Part shown: positions 13,178 through 23,675 of the stretch, piece after piece
How the letters are laid out: each line of letters starts with the position of its first letter
How positions within the stretch are numbered: the stretch's first letter is position 1
Made by a program: the position numbers and the translations under genes
Assembly (NCBI GenBank): GCA_016618085.1
Contig: JABLTG010000137.1
Coordinates: 1-55,304 of the forward strand
Source of the DNA: Neovahlkampfia damariscottae
Lineage: Eukaryota
Length of the DNA stretch: 55,304 bases
Reading direction: 5' to 3'
Notes under the pieces: model-generated
Told to the model about the DNA's origin: nothing
Databases searched by the model: none
The model's input: the letters and a program-made list of their open reading frames with translations, nothing else

Positions 13178-13329
13178 TACAACTTCTCTCCACAAAGGTT
13201 TGGAATAAAAAAAAAAATGGAAAAGTCTAATTGGTCATTGTAGTTTTGAAGCTTGCTCCACAGAGTGAACTTACTCTCAGATGAATATTTCAACTAAAAC
13301 GAAAATTGTTATTTGTCAAAAATTTTTAT

Positions 13330-13704
13330 TTATTCATTTTGTTCTTTTTGTTTTTTAGAGGTGATAATTTGATCTATAGTATCAATTTTTCTTTCCATTT
13401 CAATAATTCTTTGTGATTTTTCTTTTAACTTCATTTGTAATTTAAAAATGCATCTTTCGTATCTAACTTTTTCATCATCACAAGCAGATGGAAAATAACT
13501 ATTATTTCTTCTACAATCTCTCAAAGGAACATAATGATGAACACATGGATTTCTAAATGGTTTTGCAATACTCTTTTTATCTAATTCGTCTGTGGTCATT
13601 CTAACCAAAGGATTTAATACTTCTTCATCCATAGAATAAGTTCCTAATAAAACAAAAGATTGGTGATAATTTGAGTCTGTTTCAAATTTTGCTTCTTCAC
13701 TCAT
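13330..13704 (-). CDS. NDUFB7: NADH dehydrogenase 1 beta subcomplex subunit 7 (B18)
   Basis: Twin CX9C pattern RNPCVHHYVPLRDC...SACDDEKVRYERC preceded by MTTDEL. Confidence 0.8.
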   Translation of the reverse strand: MSEEAKFETDSNYHQSFVLLGTYSMDEEVLNPLVRMTTDELDKKSIAKPFRNPCVHHYVPLRDCRRNNSYFPSACDDEKVRYERCIFKLQMKLKEKSQRIIEMERKIDTIDQIITSKKQKEQNE

Positions 13705-13842
13705 TTGTTTTGTTTAATGAAATTTGTGATTGGTTGAAAAAAAAAAAATTAAAAAACTCATTTTTTAACAAAAAGTGAAGTTTTCTCATTTGACTTGAAG
13801 CAAAAAAAATCTTTTGATAAAGGAACAAAATGCTTTGAAAAT

Positions 13843-14432
13843 TTATTTTGTTGACAACACCACTGCTAAAACAATGCATGTGATAACAAGTAATAAAATA
13901 ATGATAAAAAATAAAATTGACAAACATGGTGAAATAAAATCCTTTCCTGTATCCCACAGTAAAAATTTTTCTCTTAAACCAGCAAACTAAAAAAAAAAAT
14001 GAAAAAAAAAAAAAATCAAACTTTGAACTTCATATCTGGAACTGATACTATGCGTTTATCATAAAATACATGTCCCAAAGCTGATAATTTAGCAGGCTTA
14101 TTGTTTTTATCTTTCAAAATTGAAACAGGAAGAGACGCAATGTTCCTTTCTTTTCCTAAGTTTGCTAATCTTGTTCCACACTCAGAACAGAAATATCTAT
14201 TGACTTCACCTGTATCATAAGTTTTGGTTAAATCTTCTCCTTTTATGAATGAAAAGCCATCTTTTTTGAAAATCGCACTTGTGTTAAAAGGGGTAGAATA
14301 AAAAGCTTTGCATGTATCACAATGACAATGTCCACAAGCTAATGGTTTCCCTGAAATACTGTATTCTACTTTTCCACAATAGCATTTTCCATATAAAACT
14401 TCTCCTAACAAAGGTTCTCTTGTGGTCATCAT
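13843..14432 (-). CDS. GFA/Mss4-like (CENP-V) Zn protein with predicted C-terminal membrane anchor
   Basis: GKCYCGKV, CHCDTC, RYFCSECGT motifs; an intron at ~13988-14021 leads to an exon encoding a hydrophobic tail (LSILFFIIILLLVITCIVLAVVL). Confidence 0.8.
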
Positions 14433-14657
14433 TTTTTTAAACAGATGGTTCAACCAATTAAAATTCGGATACTCCGAAATAGAAAGATCATCTTTCAAAA
14501 GAACATTGGAATTAAACCTGGTATGCTGAGTGGAAAATGATAGATCAAATTATCTTAGCTGCTGAATGCCCTTTCAATGGTCGATCTGTGGAAGGATTTT
14601 TCAGAGGAATGCTGTTTCAAATGTAGTTTTTCTTTGATAAAGTGTTTATTTAAATTG

Positions 14658-15996
14658 TCAACAGTTCTTTGATTTATGTGAAAAATATTTTTTCTCTTTG
14701 ATATATTTACTCCAGGCTTGAAGTTCATCATCTGTCCAATCTTCCCATCCAAGTTTTGTTCTACAGATTGGAACAGTGACAGTAATTTCTATAAATTCTT
14801 CTTCTTTCTCTTTACAATTTTCAGGTCGAATTAAATTTCCCATTTTCATTGGATACAAATAATGATCTACCAATTGAAATTAAATCAATGTTGACCTTTA
14901 TCAGGGAACAATATCATTTCTTTTTTCTTTTCAATTTTGGAGCTTCATCAATCTCTTCATCTGAAATTGAAAATTCAACAATTTCTTTTCTTTTTAATCC
15001 TCTTCCTAATTTTGGAATTTCAACATTTTTCATAATTTGATCAACTTTTCTTTGATTTTCATCCCTATTGGTTATTTAAATAACTTTTTTGAATTTACTG
15101 ATTTTTATTTTCTCTTTTTGATAATAGATTTTGAATTTTAGTTTCAGCATCTTTTTGTTTTTGTTTTCTCAAATATTTTGCACCATTTGTTTGACTTGTT
15201 CCTAACAAATCACTATTTTTCCAAAAATTAATTTTTCTTTTTTCTCTCTTTTACTTTATTGATTTTTTATTTTGTTTTTTTTCATAATAATTTAAATTTA
15301 TTTTTGTTTTTTTTTTTTCTCCAATGATCAATTTTTCACCATTGAAATAAAAAATTTGTGGATTTTTATCTGGAATTAAAGTTGAATTACATTTCATTTC
15401 TTTTAAAAAACCAATACTACTTGATAATTCAAGTCTATTGGATTTAATTGATTTTAAATTTTCCATTTCATGATATTCACAAAAATGATGTTCATCTTTG
15501 TTTATACCATTTTTACAAATTCTTTTTTTATTTTGTTCAAATTCACAAAATCCAAAATTTGAAGCGTTTCCTAATTTTTCAACTGATTTAGTAATTAATC
15601 CATATTTTTCTAAAAAATTTGAATCATACTCTTCATTAAATGAATGTAATAGTTTTGGATTTTTGATTAAAATTACATCTCCTAATTTAAATTTTTCTTT
15701 GATACTTTCTTCTGTCAGAAATAGATTCATTTGAAAAGATGATAAATCAGAAATAGTTACAGTTGAATATTTAAATCCTTTCATTGTTATTTTTTCTTCT
15801 TTTTTGGTGGAGATAACAATGGCGACAGTGGCAGAGGTAATTTCAGTTTTTTCGGTTTTAATTAAAGAGGATAGTTTCATGACTTGTTTTAGTTTTTCTT
15901 CTATGTTCTCTTTTGGTTCTCTTGAAGCTTTTTAATTTTTAATTTTTTTTATTACGACAACTGTATACTTGTTTCGTTGATGAGAATTTTTGTCAT
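14658..15996 (-). CDS. MCM10: MCM10 replication factor (exon boundaries at both ends uncertain)
   Basis: OB fold (TVAIVISTK, YSTVTISDL, GDVILIKNP) followed by the CCCH finger LGNASNFGFC...CKNGINKDEHHFCEYH. Confidence 0.8.
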
Positions 15997-16064
15997 GGTG
16001 ATTATTGGTGGGAATTTTTTGACCAATTATTTGATTTTATATTTTTGATTGGAGAACTCAAAAA

Positions 16065-17833
16065 ATGTCCGAGATTGAGAATGATCTAAAAAAACTAAAA
16101 CTAGAAGAAGATGACAGAAAAATAAAAAAAGTACCAAAACCCATTTCAAAAAAACCAAAAGAAGAAGAAATATTTTTCCAAAACAAAATAGATTCAAAAT
16201 TATTAAAAAAACAATTCTTGGGTGAAGGAAAAATTGAAAAAGAACATGTTTTAAAAATTTTGAAAATGGCTCAAGCTGTTTTATCACAAGAACCAAATTT
16301 ACTTCAATTACAGGATCCAATAACAGGTTAGTTTTCATGAAAAAAAAATTAAAAAAACTTCATTAGTTGTTGGAGATATTCATGGACAATTTTATGATTT
16401 AGTTGGTATTTTTGAAATGTGTGGAGAACCAAGTGAAACAAATTCTTTTTTTTTTCTTGGTGATTACGTTGATCGGTAAGTTCATCAAAAATGACATTAA
16501 AAAACATTTTCAAAGTGGTTATTTTGGAGTGGAATGTGTTTTATTATTACTTTCTTACAAAGTTAATTTTCCAAAAAATCTTTACATGATCAGAGGAAAT
16601 CATGAATGTCGTCATATTACAAAATATTTTAATTTTTATGCTGAATGTAAATCATTGTTTTTTTGAACTAATTTCATTGAAAAAATAGGTTTACATAAAT
16701 ATGATGAAGAAGTTTATGATGAAATTATGAATACATTTGATTGTTTACCTTTAGCTGCAACTATCAATTATATGTTTTGTGTTCACGGTGGAATATCACC
16801 TAAATTAGTTAATATACAGGATATTAATTCAATTGATAGATTTGTTGAAATACCGTCAATTGGACCAATGTGGTTTGAACAAAAAATATTTCTCAAACCT
16901 TTTTTTTTTTGAAGTGATTTACTTTGGTCAGATCCAATGAATGAAAATGATGAAAATAGCAGTGTTCAAAATCAAATGTTTATTCCAAATACTCAAAGAA
17001 ATTGTTCTTATAAATACAGTTATAATGCAGTTTCAGTCTTTTTAAAAGCAAATAATTTATTGTGTATACTTCGGGCTCATGAAGCAGAAGAAAAAGGATA
17101 TAAATTTTATAAAGCAATTGAAAAAACAGGATTTCCAAGTGTCATTACAGTTTTTAGTGCGCCAAATTATTGTGATACCTATGGAAATGCAGGGTCTGTT
17201 CTTCAATTTATCAATAACGATATGAATGTTAAACAATTTAAATGTTTACCACATCCAATGGTTTTACCTCAACATCAAAATGTTTTCACTTGGTCAATTC
17301 CATTTGTCTCTGAAAAAGTATGTGATATTGTCTATGGTGTTTTATCACAATGTCCAATTGATGAAGAAGAAGATTCAGAAGATGAAAATATATCAGAGGA
17401 ATCAATAAATTCAATTAGATCAAAAATTGTTAGTTTAGGAAAAGTTGGTAAAATGTATAACACAATCAAACATGAACGTGAAAGTTGGTTGATTTTGAAA
17501 GGAATGTTATTGAAATCTGGAAAAACTCATCATTTATTATTATCTCAAGGATCAGGTGCAATTCAAAAAGCAATTAATAATTTTGAGGGAGCAAAAAATT
17601 TGGATGATGATAGTCGACCTGTTCTTGGTGAATTTGATTTTTCAATTGTTAAACCTGAAAATTCATATTCATCTCCAAGTAGTAATTCCGGTAGTGAAAC
17701 AACTTTATCTCCTTCAAAAATATTTTCCGAAAAAGATTCTCCAAGTATAAAAATGTTTCAATCTTGGTTGAATGAATTTAATGATGAAACAAAATCAAAA
17801 GATGATAATTTTATTAATGAAAAAAAAGAATAA
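16065..17833 (+). CDS. PPP3CA: Calcineurin catalytic subunit A (PP2B)
   Basis: [46 protein letters not shown]...[14 protein letters not shown] (CnB-binding) and [11 protein letters not shown] (CaM-binding) motifs; several short introns. Confidence 0.93.
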
Positions 17834-17855
17834 AAATGCAATAAAAATTTTAGTA

Positions 17856-18040
17856 AGACTCCTACGTAATTAGTCACGTTATAAGAATAAACCTTAGTTT
17901 TCCACTTGAAGCATAGCATTTCAACCAACTAAGTAGCGTTTTTCTTGGGAACGTGACTTTATTCCAACTGAGTCACGTTACTCCAACTAAGTCGTGGTAT
18001 TCCAACTGAGTGGAGTTTCAACCAACTAAGTCCTGTTACT
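17856..18040 (+). repeat. Left terminal inverted repeat containing ~19-bp subrepeats CCAACT(A/G)AGT
   Basis: Reverse complement of 20038-20222 with 2 mismatches seen; degenerate extension to ~18068. Subrepeats start at 17925, 17964, 17983, 18002, 18022. Confidence 0.95.
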
Positions 18041-18357
18041 TGTACTAAGTCGAGTTATACAAGAAAAGTCGTGTTTTTACATGTATCGTGATACTTCAAA
18101 TTGAAACGTGATGCTTTCAAATGAAACACCAGTTCTCCAGAAAATAAAAATTTTATACGTCAACTCTTTGTTTCGTTTCCTTGTTTCATTACTTTCCTGA
18201 TGTTTTCTTTTAAACTCAAATGATTTTCTTCATGGAAAAAATGGTACAATAAAATTTTCTCATTGGACAAATTTCAATAAATTCAATTGGTTAGTGAAGT
18301 TGAACATGTCTTCCTTGTCTCTTTTCTAAACTAGAATCTAAAACGGAAGAGCATCAA

Positions 18358-18651
18358 ATGAAAGAATATCAAAGAGTACCTTCAATAAACAAGAAGGACG
18401 ATAAGATCGAAGAAGTGCTTTTGAAAATCCAACAAAGTAAAAAGGTGTTAGAAGAATTCATCAAGTACCAAATCAAATGCTATGAAACTATTGCAAATGT
18501 AGATAAAAATCGTAGAGATGCATTACTAGAAGAAATTGAAGTTTATAACAAAGGTCTCATGTCGTGCACAAAAAAGAAAACTATTGAGATTCATGGTGTT
18601 TTTGAAGTTGCTATGAAAATATTCTATTTATTCAATTATGAAATAATATGA
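18358..18651 (+). CDS. Hypothetical 97-aa helical protein carried inside the TIR element
   Basis: ATG-initiated ORF with ATTGG boxes upstream (~18262, ~18286); no recognisable domain. Confidence 0.4.
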   Translation: MKEYQRVPSINKKDDKIEEVLLKIQQSKKVLEEFIKYQIKCYETIANVDKNRRDALLEEIEVYNKGLMSCTKKKTIEIHGVFEVAMKIFYLFNYEII

Positions 18652-18725
18652 ACATATACTGACTGGTTGATTTACTTCAATGTAGAGTCATTGAGAACAT
18701 TTCATAGTTATTCAAAGTTTTCATT

Positions 18726-18873
18726 AAGACTCTTGGACAATTGGTATCTTTATAAGAATAAGCGTTATTTTCAAGTTGAAGAGTGGTGTTTCAACCAAAC
18801 AAGTGTTCTTTTTAAACATGTCACTACTCATTACACAATGAGTACATCAATTGGCAATAAGTATCTCACCAAA
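18726..18873 (+). repeat. Internal inverted repeat, left arm
   Basis: Reverse complement of 19826-19973; the core TTATTTTCAAGTTGAAGAGTGG...CACAATGAGTACATCAATT is nearly identical. Confidence 0.9.
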
Positions 18874-19019
18874 TGATATGTTTGTCTCATTAAATAAGTT
18901 TTTCATGACAAAACAAGTGACTTATTTTGCGAAAAGTTTCCAGTAGCCTATTAAATTCCTGCTCAATTGTCAACTTAATACTTAAAATATTTTTTTGTGA
19001 CACCTAATTTTTTTCAAAA

Positions 19020-19250
19020 TTAAAATTTTATTTCTTCTATTAATTGAACATATTCCTCAAATTTTTTTTCATAATTTTTATCATCGAGAATGTCATTTTT
19101 TTCTTTTAAATCTTCATTCACCAAATTTTTTAATTTTTCATAATCTACCAGATGATAAAGTCCAAATGATGTGATGTATTCCTTTGGTTTCTTTGAAAAA
19201 CTTTTATAATTTTGTTGATAAAGCACATTATTAATAACAATTAAATTCAC
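19020..19250 (-). pseudogene. Captured 3' fragment of an unknown gene
   Basis: Host-like codon usage, ends in TAA, no ATG; joined back-to-back with the SAM fragment near 19250. Confidence 0.45.
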
Positions 19251-19580
19251 TCCATCTTTACCGAAGAATTAGAAAACTATTTTCCAAGTTCAAACGAAAC
19301 CAAAAATTTTTGGTCAGGAAAAAAAGAAAACAAAGAACAAAAAAACAACCATGTATTGAACTGGAAAATTGACGATGTACTGAATTGGACAATTGACGAT
19401 GTATATAAGAGACTGGTTGAAGATCTAAAAATTGATGAGAATGAAGCAAAAATCTTAAAAGAACAATTCATCAATGGAAATGTTTTAGTTGACCTCAAAG
19501 AAGACGACTTCAAAGAAATGAATTTAAAAGTAGGAACTAGGAAGCAATTAGTGCAACAAATAAAAAATATTTCAAATTAG
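19245..19580 (+). pseudogene. Captured 3' gene fragment encoding a SAM domain
   Basis: WTIDDV..L..LKI..EAKILKEQFINGNVLVDLKEDDFKEMNLKVGTRKQL is a SAM consensus. The frame is open back to a stop at 19242-19244 with no ATG before the domain; 24-bp tandem duplication (VLNWKIDD/VLNWTIDD). Confidence 0.75.
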
Positions 19581-19825
19581 CTATTCTTTGTTCTATAAAA
19601 TTATTGTAAATCCTTTGGAGCATCATGTTCAACTGAAAACCAAAATTGGTCGTAAATTTAAAGAAGGATGGTGAACAAAATTTTATTTCTTCAGAACTGG
19701 AGTTTTTAATAATAACACCACTCATCAACTTGGAGAATATCGCTGTGTTTGATACTAAGACTTTGTGGGCAATGAGAGTCTTATTTGTTGGTGACACACT
19801 CATTGCTTAAAAGACAAACTTGTTG

Positions 19826-19973
19826 TTTGGTGATACACTTGTTGCTAATTGATGTACTCATTGTGTAATGAGTAGTGACATGTTTAAAAAGAACACTTGT
19901 TTGGTTTAAACACCACTCTTCAACTTGAAAATAATGCTTATTCTTGCAAAAACATCAATTGTCTAAGAATCTT
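19826..19973 (-). repeat. Internal inverted repeat, right arm
   Basis: Reverse complement of 18726-18873. Confidence 0.9.
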
Positions 19974-20037
19974 GCTAAATCTCTTGTCATAAAAAATGTA
20001 AACTGAGAGCTTTTTTTATATAACGCGACCTATTCTG

Positions 20038-20222
20038 AGTAACAGGACTTAGTTGGTTGAAACTCCACTCAGTTGGAATACCACGACTTAGTTGGAGTAA
20101 CGTGACTCAGTTGGAATAAAGTCACGTTCCCAAGAAAAACGCTACTTAGTTGGTTGAAATGCTATGCTTCAAGTGGAAAACTAAGGTTTATTCTTATAAC
20201 GTGACTAATTACACAGGAGTCT
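20038..20222 (-). repeat. Right terminal inverted repeat
   Basis: Reverse complement of 17856-18040. Confidence 0.95.
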
Positions 20223-20257
20223 TAGTATTTTGAATATCCAATTAAATCCATTTCTCA

Positions 20258-21428
20258 ATGAAGAGAAAAAACGAACTGAATGAAGAAAAGAGAAAAAGAA
20301 ATAAGAGGAATGAATACTTGGAAAAAGTTCCAAACTTTATAGAATTAGGAGAAAAATATCCGAATTTTAAAAATTTGTTCGAAAAAATTCAACATTAATA
20401 TAAATAGTTTGAATGAAAAAAATAAAATTGATTTTACGGATGAAAAAGCAATGAAGGAATTAACAAAAGTTTTATTAAAAGAAGATTTTAATATTGAATG
20501 GGATATGCCTTTAAATCATTTAATACCACCTGTTATGAATAGAGTAAATTATATTTATTGGTTGGATGATTTATTGAAAATTAAAAAATTCAATGAAAGT
20601 ATAAAAGGAATTGATATTGGTGTAGGATCATCTTGTATTTATCCATTACTTGGAAATTCAATTTATGGCTGGAAATTTTTAGGAACTGAAATTGACAAAG
20701 AATCAGTAAAATTCTCCAATGAAAACATCAAAAGAAATAATTTAGAAAAAGAAATTAAAATTATTCAAGTAGATGATGAAACCCTAATTTTGAATAATGT
20801 AATACCAAATGATGAAAAATTTGATTTTTGCATGTGTAATCCACCATTTTTTTCGGATGAAATTGAATCAATTCGAAATAATCCAAAAACTATTTGCACA
20901 GGAAATAAAAATGAATTAATGACAGAAGGTGGTGAACTAAACTTCATTTCAAAAATAATTGAAGATTCATTAGTTTTGAAAAATCAAATTTGTTGGTTCA
21001 CTTCAATGATTGGAAAAAAAGATACTTTAAAAAAATTAAAAATAATTTTGGTCGATTTACACATTAAATATTATATAACAGAGTTTATCAATGGAAATAT
21101 TACAAGATGGGCTATTGCTTGGAAATTTTCAGAAACAGAATCTTCACAAAATCAACACATCAAATTTTCAAAAAAAATGAAATTAACTTTTTCTGATGTA
21201 AAATATGTTGATTTGATCAAGAAGGTGAAATTAATCATATCTGAACATTGTAATAATGTTAAATTTAATGATATTAATTTCACATCCAAACTAAAAGGCA
21301 CAGAGTGTTCAATTTCAATTCAAATATTCCAAATATCTCAAAATCAATTTTATTTAAGTTTAGAGACAAAAGAGATCAACACAGAATTTAAAGAACTATT
21401 CAAATCTCTTGCTAAAGCTTCAGAATAA
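20258..21428 (+). CDS. METTL16: U6 snRNA m6A methyltransferase METTL16/RlmF family
   Basis: LIPPVMNRVNYI, GIDIGVGSSCIYPLLG, FCMCNPPFF, EGGE, WFTSMIGKK, RWAIAW motifs; first intron near 20377-20407. Confidence 0.93.
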
Positions 21429-21626
21429 GAGAAATCATAGGAGTTTATTCGTTTATCCACAAAAGAAAATGATCCATCAACGTCACTACAGATTTGGACG
21501 GTCCATTCGCCTAATTTGGATTTGAAACTTCCTAATTTAATGAACTCTTCCGTTTTTATACATGATTTTTATTGGTCAAAATCATTGACTTGACACAAAC
21601 GAAAAACTAAACACAATATACATACA

Positions 21627-22105
21627 ATGGAAAACCTGCGCTTCAGCTACCATAACTTACTTGAGCCTACTGTTCAAACCACACCTTACAGCGAGGTCGT
21701 CTACTTGCGACCATTTTTTGAAACTAAAGAGATAGTTGAACAGATGAAACCAAAAACAAACAATGTACAGGAGAATTGTCAACATTCCAAAGTAATAGTC
21801 AAACCAGAAGAAGGCTACATCTTCAATTTCGAGCTGAATACCATGAATTATTCAGAAAAGCCACAACCAATTCAAAAAAAAAAATCCAAGACATTAGGAG
21901 ACAAAGGTAAAGGAATTTCTTCATTTTGACTTCATTTTTAGTTGGTGTATGGGATGAAGAGGAACATGCATTGTTCATGAAAGGATTTAACAAATATGGA
22001 AGAAATTGGTCTCAAATTGCAAAAGAATTCTGCACACTGCGAACAAGACAGCAAGTTAGAAGTCATGCTCAAAAATTCTTTCGTAAAAATCCGAGCACTA
22101 ACTAA
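21627..22105 (+). CDS. SHAQKF-class single-repeat Myb transcription factor, copy 1
   Basis: After intron 21908-21941: WDEEEHALFMKGFNKYGRNWSQIAKEFCTLRTRQQVRSHAQKFF. Confidence 0.9.
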
Positions 22106-22312
22106 ATTCAGTTATGCAAAATTAATTCATTAAAGCTTTTTTATTTATATCTTCAAGTTCGACATGTTCTTGAGTTCTACTTTGTTTCTTGCTTTATAGT
22201 GCTGATATACAATTTCATGAAGAAATTAAACTAAAATCAAATTTGGAAACTCTCACCAACGATAAATTTTCTGAGAGCCAGCCGATTGGTCAACTCAAAT
22301 TCACTTGGAACA

Positions 22313-22791
22313 ATGGACTCACTGCATCTTGACTACAAAGAACTTTTAGAACCTAAAATTCAAACAACACCACAAAGTCAGCTATTCTATTTGAGACCTA
22401 GTTTCAAAGAGCTCACATTTTTTAGAAATGATGAGCCTCAACTACAAACTTTCCAAGAGTACAAAGAAGAAGTGAAAGTGGAAGAAGAAATTAAATCGAA
22501 AAGTTCAAAAGATTCTAAGAAAGAGTACAACCATAGTTCAAAAAAACCACAACATGTAAAAAAAAGGAGGTCAAAAACATTAGGAGAAAAAGGTAATTTG
22601 AAAAGAATTTAAAACTCTTTTTTTCAATAGTAGGGCTATGGAGCTCGGATGAGCACGCATTATTTATGAAAGGATATGAAAAGTATGGAAGAAATTGGTC
22701 TCAAATTGCTCAAGAATTTTGCACTCTGCGAACAAGACAACAAGTTAGGAGCCACGCACAAAAATTTTTCAGAAAATTTGAAGAAGATTAA
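22313..22791 (+). CDS. SHAQKF-class Myb transcription factor, copy 2
   Basis: Same intron position after TLGEK; WSSDEHALFMKGYEKYGRNWSQIAQEFCTLRTRQQVRSHAQKFF. Confidence 0.9.
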
Positions 22792-23193
22792 GTAATAAAT
22801 AATCTTTATTCATTACAAATTGACGAATTTGTGGTCAATCAGTATTAATCTTAACTTGGTAAATTGGTGATCATTGGCTCGGAGAATAATTTTGGATATT
22901 CCCATTGGCTGGATTCAAATGACAACAAACTTCTCTTCAAACACCATCCATTGTTGAACTTTGTTATACTTATATGTTTTTCGTCGGAACATTAGATTCG
23001 ATTTTCGAACATTCGAAACACCGATTTTATTTTGGAAAAGAAAAAATCCTTTTTGATGAATTTTGCACCAATCACAGTGCATTTGATACCAAAATGGAAA
23101 AAAATCATCCGAAACGGAAAAAAATGCCATTTTAAGTTCAGAGATCCTATTGGCTCATCAGTTTTAATCAAAAGACCTTTGAACTGTCAGTAG

Positions 23194-23615
23194 ATGATGA
23201 ATTTCACTTTAGGATACCATCAGCTCCTTGAACCAATAATTCAAACTTCTTGCAAAAGCCAGATTATATTTTTACAACCTTCATTTGACATCATCCCAAA
23301 GTGTGAGATCAAAAAATCAACGATTGACACAGAAAAATTTCAACTAAAAGTCGAATTTAAAGAAGAGAAAATAAAAAAACCAAAGCGAATTTCGAAGAAA
23401 AAATCAAATACTCTGGGAGAGAAAGGTAAAAATAAATGAAAACTCATTTTTTAGTTGGTATTTGGGATGCTGAAGAGCATGCATTATTTATGGAAGGGTA
23501 CGAAAAATATGGACGAAATTGGGCCAGAATTGCAAAAGAATTATGTACCAAACGAACTAGACAACAAGTTAGAAGTCATGCACAAAAATTTTTCAGAAAA
23601 TTTGACATGGAATAA
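23194..23615 (+). CDS. SHAQKF-class Myb transcription factor, copy 3
   Basis: Same intron position; WDAEEHALFMEGYEKYGRNWARIAKELCTKRTRQQVRSHAQKFF. Confidence 0.9.
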
Positions 23616-23675
23616 ATGTAATTTAATAAAAACTTCAGTGTCTTTCTGATACTTCAAATATTTTAATTACAACAT

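Larger units (their letters stand above)
17856..20222. mobile_element. Non-autonomous TIR DNA transposon (2367 bp) with captured gene fragments
   Basis: 185-bp terminal inverted repeats (AGACTCCT...AGGAGTCT) flanked by TAGTA at 17851-17855 and 20223-20227; no transposase inside. Confidence 0.9.

Noticed and set aside
14460..14650. Possible snoRNA/structured RNA between the GFA gene and MCM10
   Set aside because: Only short hairpins and imperfect C/D boxes; no recognisable rRNA guide.
17925..18040. CRISPR-like repeat-spacer array
   Set aside because: Cores are 10 bp with 9-10-bp linkers, mirrored in the opposite TIR, in a eukaryote with no cas genes.
18667..18876. 69-aa ORF (and 19537-19803 on the minus strand) inside the TIR element
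   Set aside because: They overlap or adjoin the internal inverted repeat and show no protein features; probably noncoding.
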